Shown here: piece after piece, positions 40,250-50,995 of the stretch | How positions within the stretch are numbered: position 1 is the stretch's first letter | Layout: every line of letters begins with the position of its first letter | Source of the DNA: Tubiluchus corallicola | Taxonomy: Eukaryota; Animalia; Priapulida | NCBI GenBank assembly: GCA_030141605.1 | Contig: JAQGDQ010000014.1 | Span: 992,001 to 1,056,000 of the forward strand | Direction: 5' to 3' | DNA: 64,000 nucleotides | Translations under genes and position numbers: made by a program | Notes under the pieces: model-generated | The model's input: only the letters and a program-made list of their open reading frames with translations | What the model was told of the DNA's origin: nothing | Database searches by the model: none

Positions 40250-41921
40250 CTACAAAAAACAACAACAAACAAATGACAATATTCACGGTACCCGTAAACA
40301 ACTTCTCAGGCAATAATTTAGTTACGTGAAGTTCACAAAATATATCAAGTAGTTAGTCTTTATCTAGTAAATTTATTTTGTTCCCGAATGAACTGCTAAG
40401 CAAACAGTTTAACTGTAATTGGAATTACTGGATGCAAGGTAGCTGGCAATTTGACTTTTTAGATTTTGCCATTTTATTGTTAGAAAATAAGGTGAGAACC
40501 AAAAATACCATACCAGTTCTAACAATTAGGTATAGAAAACTATAGAAAGCTATAAAGCAAGTATACTGCATACAAAGGAAAACTCCTGCAAAACGCAAGG
40601 CTTGTCCTTATTGATAACTATGGATCTTCGAATGAACGCAGAGAGAGGAGCGAGGCCAGGAGACCAGGGCTCACAATAGCTATCACAACAACATGTGAGA
40701 ATCGATTAGTTGAAACTGCCTTAGATGCATAATCAATGATGAACAGCTGTGCCTATGCGAAAAATCACGAACTCTTTACAAGTGCAAAATGTTCGACGAA
40801 CAAAGTTCAACTTGACTGTGTGCCAAAACCATCTTCCTCACATGTGATTTAGATTTAAACTGCAAAAACCTGCAAGAAAATAGTGGGATTTCAAGCAAGG
40901 CACAGTGGCTTCTAAGAATATTCATTTCAGGCGTGGCGATGACTAAAAAGCTGTCTAAGACGAGTCTATAGAGAAAATCCAAGTACGTGATCTAGACACG
41001 TAAAGTCTTCGTTCGCTTTGATTACAAGTTTTTCTTGTCTAAAAACACAATGTAATGTTGCACTCGCGTCTTAGATTATTTTACATGCAGCGCTACTATT
41101 ACCATGGAGGATGGACGTGCTATGGCACAAAAGGTATAGGTAGTACGTCTCTTACTAAGATCAACAAGTGTTGCTAATGCGGTTACTGTTCTTCTTCTTC
41201 TCCTTGTTCGTCCTCATTTTTCGGGCAAAAGTGATTCAGTTGTTCACTGTTCTCCAGAAACTGCAACATCACTGTTGCTTTTCGGTTTTAGTGATTCGTC
41301 CAACTTAACATTTTGCCGGCCGTTATCTGTCAGTCTGTGCCAAGAAAGCAATTTATTACAGCTCGCTGCACAACATGGCATCAAAGTTATTTACTATTAC
41401 AGTATAAATCACTCATTATAATTACTCGTAACGTTAAGCAGTGTAATACAAACACGAAGAATTAATTAAAGTTGTACTTTCGTAATTAAGTTACTTGTAA
41501 CATCAAGCAGTCTAATACAAAACAAGAAAAATTAACAATATTAAAGTTGTACTTTCGTTATTAAGTTGTAATGATTTAAGCGAAATTAATACACACGTAG
41601 TCACAAAGCTGGTAATTAATTATTTCGTGTTTAGTGCAATGAAATTGCAAAGGTTGGAAAGTTGTTGGCATTTCTCGACTCGAACCTGAAACCTTGACAT
41701 TTACTCGACACGCTTCATGTAATCAACTCATCATGGCTGACACTATTACTTACGCCTAATTGCTATTTACTTGTATCAGTCGATCCATGATTTTGGACCT
41801 TTAAATTAGCTGATTAGTTATTGAACTAGTATAGACACAGATTATTCGATATATACGAGACTACTGGGTGCCTAGCTTCAAGTGGGAAAGCCGCAAAATT
41901 TGGACAATATTTGATTGAGTT

Positions 41922-42058
41922 TAGGTCCGTTTCCCAAAAAAGTGCTTCCCAGAAAACTTTTTTCACAGAAAACTATTTCACAGAAAAAATAACTTCTCAG
42001 AAAAAAATGCCAGGAACTTTTTTCCAGAAAGATTTTTTTGACGGAAAAATCACGGCTA
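41922..42058. repeat. Single arm of ~15-bp subrepeats (ttttcacagaaaa-like), foldback-type remnant
   Basis: Periodic ttc(c/a)cagaaaa units. Confidence 0.5.
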
Positions 42059-42221
42059 CTTTTCAAGTGCTAAATCTGTTATTTTGGTAGGATGACACCT
42101 TCGATTTCTCTTTATCTGCTTGCTTCTCCCCTTTACCTCTTTCCCTTCCTACACCCTCTAGTCTTCTTACTATTTCTTTTTCCTTGTCTGTCTCTTTCTT
42201 TTTGTCACACACGCACGCGTG

Positions 42222-42227
<6 letters not shown>

Positions 42228-42305
<78 letters not shown>
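42228..42305. repeat. (CA)n microsatellite
   Basis: Direct reading. Confidence 0.95.
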
Positions 42306-42308
<3 letters not shown>

Positions 42309-42950
42309 ACCCTCCCCTTCTCTCTCGCTCTCTTTCCGTGCCGCTTTTCAGTAACAGCTGTCAAAACGGGGGATTCCTTTAAACAGAATGTAAGCCGTTT
42401 GAGATTCAGGTTAATTTTGAAAAGTTGAATACGTGCTGCCCTGGTGTTGTAGCCCTGTTCCGAGGTTGTAGAGAACTTTGTGAATAATTTTGACAGCTGT
42501 TCATTGGAAAGCGGTGAAGTAACAACTTGCATAATGGTCTTTTTAACTCATTGTGAACGCTGTCTTCGTGCTAAATGCAAACTTATCCACCGTGTCAACG
42601 AACTACATACGATGAATGATTCACTGAATGCCGGGCTTTACAATTATTTTCCGTAACTACGTATTATACGCTAAATTTTTGGCTAAAACTTCTAACCAGG
42701 TTATTCACTGAAAGTTCACAGTCACGTTGTATAATGTCAAATCGTAGACTACAAACGTACTACGTAATCACTCGCTAACAGTGTTTACTTAGAAGAATGT
42801 TTGTCTAACAGAATATTATGAATCTATCATGATGTACTAATTCTGATTTTTGTTAAAAAACAAATTTATTAAAACTTTAAAACGCAACATACTAAAAACA
42901 TGACAAACGTTTCGACTGTACAGCCTAGAAATCATATTCGGTGTGATAGT

Positions 42951-43137
42951 GACAGGTAATAAAGTCACAGGGAAAAGTCATAATTTTGGCTAAGAAAACA
43001 AGTCACAGGAAAAAAATCACAATTAATTTTCGCTAAGGTTAGGGTTAGGGTTAGAGTTGGTTTTGGGTTAGGGTTCATTTTTCTTAAGTCTTTTTCCTGT
43101 GATTTTTTAAAGACTACCAGTGACTTTTTAACCTGGA
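42951..43137. mobile_element. Mini foldback-like element with a TTAGGG core
   Basis: Left aaagtcacagg(g/a)aaa repeats; core ggttagggttagggttagagttggttttgggttagggtt; right inverted tttttcctgtgatttttt...gtgactttttaacc. Confidence 0.6.
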
Positions 43138-45484
43138 AACGGTGTGATGCACTTACAGTATACAAATAGTAACCAGATGCAGTATGCTCTGTCACACTGA
43201 GAGCGAATGCTATAAGCTGTGCAGTTAAAATTTTTATCATGTTTTTATTATGATTGAGTTTAAAAGTTTCTAAATTTAAAGTTGTTTCTTTCAACAGTAC
43301 TGTGTGGAATTCCGAGTTAAATTTCGTAAAGCACCGATTTCACAACCTCTGATTTCACCTCAATTTCTTCATTATCTTAGTAAAAAAAAAACACATGGGA
43401 AACATCTATTTTTTGTAAGGAACGAACAGCAATGCCGACCCCTCTCTTTGTGGAATTGCCAGCAAAATACACAAAAACTCGAATCCACTAACTTTTAATG
43501 CATTCTGCTGTAATACAAATTGCTTTGAAGCCCAGAATAATGTTTACAGTCGTAAAGTATAAATAATGTCATCTGCACAGCTTCACTCCAGAACTGCAAT
43601 GCATGAAATATAGAATTGTTTTCAAAATCAGTATAACATGGTCTCTGGAACGCGTTAGAGTTTCGTTTTGTGGTCCGCATTCCAAGGCATATGAAAATCA
43701 CCCATCTAAGTTATGTTAGTGAAATTGCCACACTTCCAGATTTCGAAATCATTAGTGTAAAGGAATTTAGAGATATTATGCCGTTTGTAAGGCTTAACCT
43801 TCGATAAACATTTGTCGACAAAACGCTATCAAGATCCCAAGCGCCCAAAAGAATTTTACAGGCGTATAATTTTTGACAGACTACACCTAGCTAAGTGATA
43901 TCTACAAGTATAGCACGCTTGGTCACTAAACAGCACTGTTAATACTGTAATAATGTGCTATTTAAAACTTATTCATTTTCTTCGTGAATAGCATGTTAAA
44001 CAAACATTCTCCGTGGTTCAACAAACTGCCTTTCGACCATAAAATAGACAAACCAACGATCAATTGCCACTTAGAATTATGAAGAACCTTCTAACGTACA
44101 TTTGAATAAACCCAGTTATTTTAACTATGCACATGAAAGATTAATAAGTACCCAGCAGACAATGGTGGCATTTAAACATGCAAGTAATAATCTTCAGGCA
44201 AATTGCTTCTTCACAGTGACGTATGACAATTTACTGACAAAGCCTTTATGCCCGCCTGTCATTTATCGTGTTTCTACGCCTTAAAATCGCACGCGGGAAT
44301 TCGGCATATTATTTACAGACTATTGCCACTTCATAACAATAACATAATAGGCCCAGTACCTGTCTAACTAGCGAATGGCGAAATGCATGTAACACCGAAC
44401 GCGAAATTGTGTTTCTGTGGTAATAATTCTTTCACGTAAGTCATTTTTGAAAACAATAGTATGTTTCCTTTCTATATTTTAAAGAGTAGATTGTTTTGAC
44501 ATATAGTTTAAGATTGGGTCCGGTTTTGCTTTAAAGGGAAGAAAATGGGTACCTGAAGTAGGTTTCAGGAAATTCGCCTTAAAACATTATTTTACTTTCA
44601 GCAGTTTTATGCATGTATCCCACTCGCGTTAAGGGGAATTTTCGTTTGTTTTCATTTTAAATCTCCCGCAATACTGTTCCGACGGCGAAGTATTGGTTAC
44701 TGATATCTAGGACATTCGTGGAAACTTTTACGTATTTTAATCTCGTTGGTATATTATTAAGAAAATAGAAATAAGTTAAGTCATTTATACTGCAAGTTTC
44801 TTAAATTACGTAAACATAACTTTTAGAAATTAATTAATCATTTAAGCAAAATTTATCTACTGTTTTCGTTTTCAATTTTTAGGCCTATCTGAGATGACGT
44901 CCCACTCACCAAAATTAGTAACTATAGTCGTGACACAAACGGGATTTTGGTCCAATCGATACAATTATATACGCTGTAATTTTTTTAGTACTAATTAAGT
45001 AGTCTAAACTATATTCTATTCTAATGTTGTGCTTTTTAATACATCCTTTTTGTTACTCGTGTACTGTCATGAATGTGTAATTTATCTTTTATCTTGCCAG
45101 AAACATAGAATGGGACTTCTGGGCCCCAATTATACGTAAAGCTATTTTATTAAGAGTCTGCATACAGCAGAATTTTCTTGATTTACCCCAGGTTTTTATT
45201 TATTATTTACGCCTTTTTGTTTCTTAATGACTGGCACACGCACAGGACTAGTTTCACGAAACTCACAGAGCACACTCCCCAGATAGGGTGATTGATGCTT
45301 ATATGTGACTGTTGCCTCTGGGTCAAAGGGGCAGGCGGAGCTTATTGTTTTTTCCGTTAGGCTGGATCTCATCCTACAGTTTTAGAGCTACAGCCACAAT
45401 TTTTGGTATGTGACTAGGGTCGAGTTATTGTGCATGGCTGAATATGAGCCATTTGCGTATGGGAAAATATTTCGGTAGAGGGAA

Positions 45485-45750
45485 AAACCAAAATCGAGGT
45501 GGTCGCGGATACCAATGCGTGTAATGTCGAGTAACAGTAATGTGTGATATATAAAATGACACGTCTCGATGAGATAAATCGAATGGTATTGGTTACGTTC
45601 AGATTGGTTGTCATTGACCCCGCGCTTTGGGACACAAACCAAAATCGAGGGGTTGGATCATCAGTGTCGCAAGTGTCGAGTAACAGTGGCTTGTAGTATG
45701 TCAAATGAAGTTCTTGATGAGGCAAATCGAATGGCTTGAGTTATGCCTAG
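45485..45750. repeat. Diverged ~150-bp tandem repeat that is the LTR element's target site and resumes at 54142-54520
   Basis: aaaccaaaatcgagg at 45485 and 45636; tgtcgagtaacagt and aaatcgaatgg are also repeated. The unit resumes as attggttgacccc after the TSD. Confidence 0.65.
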
Positions 45751-47163
45751 TGTAACGATCTGACGTCTGGGGGTAGTTTGTTTGATCGAAGGTAGTCGCT
45801 GGGTAACAATTTGACTGGCCTGACCGAGCTAAAGGGGCGACCAATCATCTACCCGTTAGCTCCAGACAGTGGCGAGCTTATAGGCAGTCTACGGGGGGGC
45901 CTGTCTATTGAGCAGAGTGGTTCGGGTGTGGGATGTGCAGTTTACTTTGCTTGGAATAATCTGTTGTACTCACTATGATAATGCAAGCGACGATATGTAG
46001 GCAATTAATGCACAAACAATCAAATTGCATAAATATTGTAATAATAATTATTAAGCAAACAAACAAAAAATGTATGTAAAAGAAAACACTATCATTATTC
46101 AAACACTAATTTAACTAAGTTTGAATGTGCTAAATATTACGGTATCTACTTACAGTAGACTTACACTATCAAGTCGCTAAACAAACAAATAAATTGGCAT
46201 ATAATGCACAACAGCTAAACCTAACTAAAAGGGGTACCTATTTGCCTAACTACATGCCACCCCAAATGATGTAGTCCTCGCTAGCGCTACGATGATCAAC
46301 CGGTATTATCACGCTTAGAAAAATACACCACGGAGGTTGCGTAGTACTACTAAGTTTAACGTAGGGCGCCTCTATGATGAGGTTGCAGCTCAGCGTCTAT
46401 TAGTATCACTACCAATTTCTTGAACAGCGAGGAGGTTAAGTCCAGCTTCCACGCAACTGCTAACATCAGATAAGCAAATACTAAATCGTGCAACTTACAG
46501 TCTCTGGGTTGTTACCGCACTGGGGGTGCCTCGTCACCTCAAACATGGATCCGCCTCTCAACGGTTTGTCGGTACACCAATAGCACTTCCCAACAATACG
46601 AACACAGCAATGAGACAAAGTCTTAATTGTCACCAAACTTTGTGGAAATCGCTACCACCAAAAACATCTGTCCACTCAGTTGTCCAATGGTTTCAGACCT
46701 CATGAACAAAGTCACCATACGTTATAACTGACTACGTGGACAATACTACTTGCACGTCATATCAGTCTACGTGCTGTACCTGGAGTAAAGTTGCTGACCT
46801 CTTTTTGATACCTGCGAGAGCAGGCGTAGGCATAGGTATACGCTGGCTTCCTACAGCTATCATTACAAGCGATTAAACTGGCCCTCCCGCAGTACTTACT
46901 AACCTTGGCTAATGGCTATAGGCTATAGAAAAGATCTTTTTAATGCTAATGTTATTTTACTTCCACATTTGAACAAAAGGTAGAATACATAATGATATGC
47001 ACAGCATAAAAGAGTCAAAAGTGAGTAGAGTTTGTGTTTTCTTTCCTAACTCTGCAACTGGGGTGACCAACCAACTGACAGACCAACTGGACAAACAGCA
47101 CACTCACATGACGCAAGCCACTGCACGAGTCCATTTATGTGGGAAGATGAAATGGACGTTACA
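45751..47163 (-). repeat. 3' LTR (1413 bp)
   Basis: TG...CA ends with a 7-bp terminal inverted repeat. Differs from the other LTR by about 4 substitutions and 2 indels (counted by eye). Confidence 0.95.
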
Positions 47164-47180
47164 TCAGCATCCCCCTTATT
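47164..47180 (-). other. Polypurine tract
   Basis: Minus strand AATAAGGGGGATGCTGA immediately before the 3' LTR. Confidence 0.7.
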
Positions 47181-47431
47181 GAGCTCTAAAATACCGGAGC
47201 GCTGCTTGCGAGCAAAGGGTTTTAGTGCTTAAAAAAAAGGTCATTTGTCATAAGGCATCATACTTGACACCATCATTCAAAACAATATCAAATCAAAATA
47301 TTTTTCTGATTTTCTTAATGTGATTATTATTGTGCTTGCGTAGTACTATTTACAAATGTGGTTGGGCTTATCTTGCGCAACTCAAGAATTGTACATTAAT
47401 CATCTGTAAGTGTATCATTTTCTGATATTAT

Positions 47432-48916
47432 TTAGGCTCGTGATAAAGTGTCGGCAGGAATGTTGGATTTCCCTGGGAGGTACTCAACTTCAAATGAGTA
47501 GTTTTGTAGAATAAGTGCCCAACGGGATATCCTTCTGTTAGAATTTTTCATCTTATGCAAATGTGTTAGAGGTGAGTGGTCGGAACGAACAGTGAATTTC
47601 CGGCCTTCCAAATAATAACTGCACTTCTCTATGGCATAGACAATGCAGAGAAGTTCAAGTTCAATGGCAGAATAATTCTTCTCTGCTGAAGTGAGTCGCC
47701 GACTGAGATATGTTATCGGTGCTTCATCACCTGATGGCTGCTCCTGGGTCAGGTCCGCACCTAGACCTTTGATTGAAGCGTCCGTAGTCAGGATGAATGT
47801 CTTTGTAAAGTCTGGACTGTGCAGTACGCAGTCCGATGAAAGGCAGTCCCGTAAGGTAGTGAAGCTGTACTCACATTCGGGTGACCATTCAATGACAGAG
47901 GGTTGGCCCTTTTGTGTTAAGGCAAACAAGGGTGCAGCAGTTTGACTAAAGTGAGAAATAAATCTGCGGTAGAAACCTACCATTCCCAGGAAAGAACGCA
48001 CCTGCGTTTTGGTGACCGGACGGTGAAATTGCTGTATGGCCTGGATCTTTTGTGGTTGTGGGCGTAGACGGTTACGACCTACCACGTACCCTAGAAAATC
48101 GGCTTCCTTGCGAGCAAAGAAGCATTTCTTTGGCTTCACTGTGAGACCGGCAGCCCTAAGACAATAAAGTACCATGTCAATATGTGTTAGGTGTGCATCC
48201 CAGCTTGGTGACTTTATGCATATGTCATCGATAAATCCACGAGCACAATGTATGACTTCCTGAAGGATTATGTCTATTAACTGCTGTGAAGTTTGGGCGG
48301 CATTCTGTAGCCCAAATGGCATTACTTTAAATTCCCATTTGCCGAAGTCGGTGATAAAGGCAGATACTGGTCTAGACTCCTTGGCCAGAGGAATCTGCCT
48401 GTATGCCTTTGTCATATCTAGACTGGTAAGCCATTCTGATCCGTGAAGTTCGTCGAGGATCTCGTCCATCCTTGGGATAGGATATTGCATGAAATGAGTT
48501 TGTTTGTTGACGGCTCGGAAGTCGATGCAGAATCTAATTGTGCTGTCTTTCTTAATTAAAATGACAGCTGGAGACGACCAAGGAGAGTCTGATTTTTGGA
48601 TAACATCCAATCTTTCCATTTCTAGGAGCTCCTTCCTCACTGCTTCTTTCCTAGATTGGGGTATCCGATATGCTCGTTGGTGTACAGGTGTGGTATCAGA
48701 CAGCAGGATACGATGCTCGATTATGTCTGTTTCCCCGGGTATATCTGTGAACATGTCTGCAAACTTGTTCAGCAGAGTACATAACTGCTGCTTTTGAACA
48801 TTGGTAAGATGATCAGGGATCTGTATGTCACTTACAAACTGCTGTTGCTCTGCACCAGGAGGAAATGCGTAGTCCGGTAACTCTGCTAATTGTATGGGCG
48901 AGGGTTGTAGGCTACC
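47432..48916 (-). CDS. Pol: reverse transcriptase plus RNase H
   Basis: SPWSSP, RFCIDFRAVN, LDMTKAY, MPFGLQNA, FIDDI, TDASIKGLGA, ELELL, DHSPL, NIPADTLSR. The frame stays open upstream to the TAG at 48917-48919. Confidence 0.93.
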   Translation of the reverse strand, partial: GSLQPSPIQLAELPDYAFPPGAEQQQFVSDIQIPDHLTNVQKQQLCTLLNKFADMFTDIPGETDIIEHRILLSDTTPVHQRAYRIPQSRKEAVRKELLEMERLDVIQKSDSPWSSPAVILIKKDSTIRFCIDFRAVNKQTHFMQYPIPRMDEILDELHGSEWLTSLDMTKAYRQIPLAKESRPVSAFITDFGKWEFKVMPFGLQNAAQTSQQLIDIILQEVIHCARGFIDDICIKSPSWDAHLTHIDMVLYCLRAAGLTVKPKKCFFARKEADFLGYVVGRNRLRPQPQKIQAIQQFHRPVTKTQVRSFLGMVGFYRRFISHFSQTAAPLFALTQKGQPSVIEWSPECEYSFTTLRDCLSSDCVLHSPDFTKTFILTTDASIKGLGADLTQEQPSGDEAPITYLSRRLTSAEKNYSAIELELLCIVYAIEKCSYYLEGRKFTVRSDHSPLTHLHKMKNSNRRISRWALILQNYSFEVEYLPGKSNIPADTLSRA

Positions 48917-50995
48917 CTACCAGTCATCATCAACTGTACTCAGATCATCCACTCCTGGAAAGGGTATTTCACTCTCTGAGCACTTGGCATACAAAGCGAA
49001 GCTTTCAGATCTGCGCACAAAAGGCTTTAGTAAATTGACATGAAACGTCTTCGTATAAGGTCTTGCACCTTTCTTAGCAATTGAAACCTTATATGTGTGA
49101 TCAGACAGTTTATCAATGACCTCAAATGGGCCTTGCCACAATTTTGCGAGCTTCTTCTTCGACTCAGGCAATAAAACAAGTACCTCCTGGCCCACTTCAA
49201 GTGACCTAGTGGACGACATCCTGTCGTACCACTTTTTCTGAGCAATTTTAACTTGCCGCAGGGATTCATGAGCTTCTACGGTACTGTTCTCCAGTTCGCT
49301 GATAATTCGATCAACATAATCGTCAACTTGTTTGAAAACAGGTGGCTCTAAGCAACCCCATCTTCTGCGCAAAGCAGCCATGGGTCCTCTAACAGGGAAA
49401 CCATACACCAATTCAAATGGTGAATACTTTAGAGACTCCTGAGGGACTTCTCTATAAGCAAAGAGAACGAACTGAAGTAACTCATCCCAGGGTAAAGACC
49501 TTTGGGTTTGTGCAAGCTTCCTCAAAGAACTCTTTAGGGAACTGTTAAACTTTTCTGTGACCCCTTGTGTCATCGGGTGATAGGGTGTCGCAAAGATACC
49601 TTTGATTCCCAGGGCTTCCTCTAAGTTGGCAATCAAAGTCGAAGTAAATTGTGTACCCCTATCGGAGAGGATTTCTCTTGGAATTCCGTGACGGCAAATG
49701 AATTGGAGTAAAGCACAAGCTACTGCTGAGGCAGTTTCCGATTCTAAAGCATAGGCATCTGGGTACCTCGTAGCCTGGTCCACAATAACAAGTGCATATT
49801 TACTTCCAGATCTGGTACGGGGCAAAGGACCAATTAAATCGATGCAGATTTGTGCAAAGGGTTCCTTTATAACAGGCAATGGCTTAAGTGGGGCTCGATC
49901 TGCTTTGTGAAGTCTAGATGCTTTTTGGCAAGCAGGACAAGAACGAACATAGTTTTTAATGCATGTCAAAATTTTGGGCCAATAGTAATGTGCCAAGACC
50001 CTATCAATGGTCTTCCGCATACCCTGATGAGCAGAAGGCAACTTATCATGGGCCAACTCCAGCACTTGTTGCCTTCGAGGCTTTGGTACCACCAGCAAAT
50101 CAGTCGGCATACCACGTGAACTTCGACGCATTGTGTGCAACACGTTGTCACGCAAAAAGTATCCATTTCCTTGCTCCTGGCACTCTGCTTCAGGTTTCAC
50201 CTGGTCAAACAGATTTCTCAGGGTAATATCATCCCTTTGTTCTCTTGCCAAATCTGCACGGCTCATTAAGTCGATTAACATTTGTTTTTGTGCTTGGGCA
50301 AATGTTTTTCGAGGCAATGGAATGTCAGAAGCTTTCAACCGCTGAGCTTCTTGTTCTTCCTTTTCTCGTGTGGCTTCAGCTTTCGCAGCTGAGCGAGTCA
50401 TCACGGGCAAGCTGACAGTTTTTAACTGTCCATCCTGCTTCTGTTGCTTGCAAAGTTGTGTCTCACCATTTGGTGTAGAAGGAAAGGCCTCGTTCTTTTG
50501 CTTGGACTTCTCTGGCAGAAATGGACTGATTTCTGTGATGAAGTCGTTTCCTAACAAAAGAGGGACTGGGCTGCCCACAGACACTGCAACAGTCAAATAC
50601 CCAGTGGCATATGGTGACTCCAGTTCTACAACTGCTACCGGGCAAGATTTATCACAACTGTGAATACATAGTAAATCATGGCTCACACCATCGACATACT
50701 GTTCGGAGCGTACAAATCTAGGGTTAACAACACTGTGTGTCGCACCAGTGTCTCTGAGTCCGACAATTGCCTGACCATTCAACTTGGCAGAAAAATAAGG
50801 CTCACCAAATACGTACTTCTCAGGACAGCTTTCAGCTGTAGTAGCATCAGGAGATGAGTGCACAGCTATCAGCTGTTTAGATGACTTGCCTCTCTCTTGA
50901 GGCAGAATTTGCTTATTCCTATCAGATGTGACCATTGTTTTATGAGGGCATATTGCATCATAATGACCCTGTTGTCCACAACGATAGCAACGCAT
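48917..50995 (-). CDS. Gag zinc knuckle plus aspartic protease plus integrase
   Basis: CYRCGQQGHYDAIC (CCHC); LRDTGA (protease); HDK...AHQG...CPACQ (HHCC); IDLIGP, SDRGTQF, TEKFN (DDE core); WQGPF (GPY/F). Confidence 0.93.
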   Translation of the reverse strand: MRCYRCGQQGHYDAICPHKTMVTSDRNKQILPQERGKSSKQLIAVHSSPDATTAESCPEKYVFGEPYFSAKLNGQAIVGLRDTGATHSVVNPRFVRSEQYVDGVSHDLLCIHSCDKSCPVAVVELESPYATGYLTVAVSVGSPVPLLLGNDFITEISPFLPEKSKQKNEAFPSTPNGETQLCKQQKQDGQLKTVSLPVMTRSAAKAEATREKEEQEAQRLKASDIPLPRKTFAQAQKQMLIDLMSRADLAREQRDDITLRNLFDQVKPEAECQEQGNGYFLRDNVLHTMRRSSRGMPTDLLVVPKPRRQQVLELAHDKLPSAHQGMRKTIDRVLAHYYWPKILTCIKNYVRSCPACQKASRLHKADRAPLKPLPVIKEPFAQICIDLIGPLPRTRSGSKYALVIVDQATRYPDAYALESETASAVACALLQFICRHGIPREILSDRGTQFTSTLIANLEEALGIKGIFATPYHPMTQGVTEKFNSSLKSSLRKLAQTQRSLPWDELLQFVLFAYREVPQESLKYSPFELVYGFPVRGPMAALRRRWGCLEPPVFKQVDDYVDRIISELENSTVEAHESLRQVKIAQKKWYDRMSSTRSLEVGQEVLVLLPESKKKLAKLWQGPFEVIDKLSDHTYKVSIAKKGARPYTKTFHVNLLKPFVRRSESFALYAKCSESEIPFPGVDDLSTVDDDW

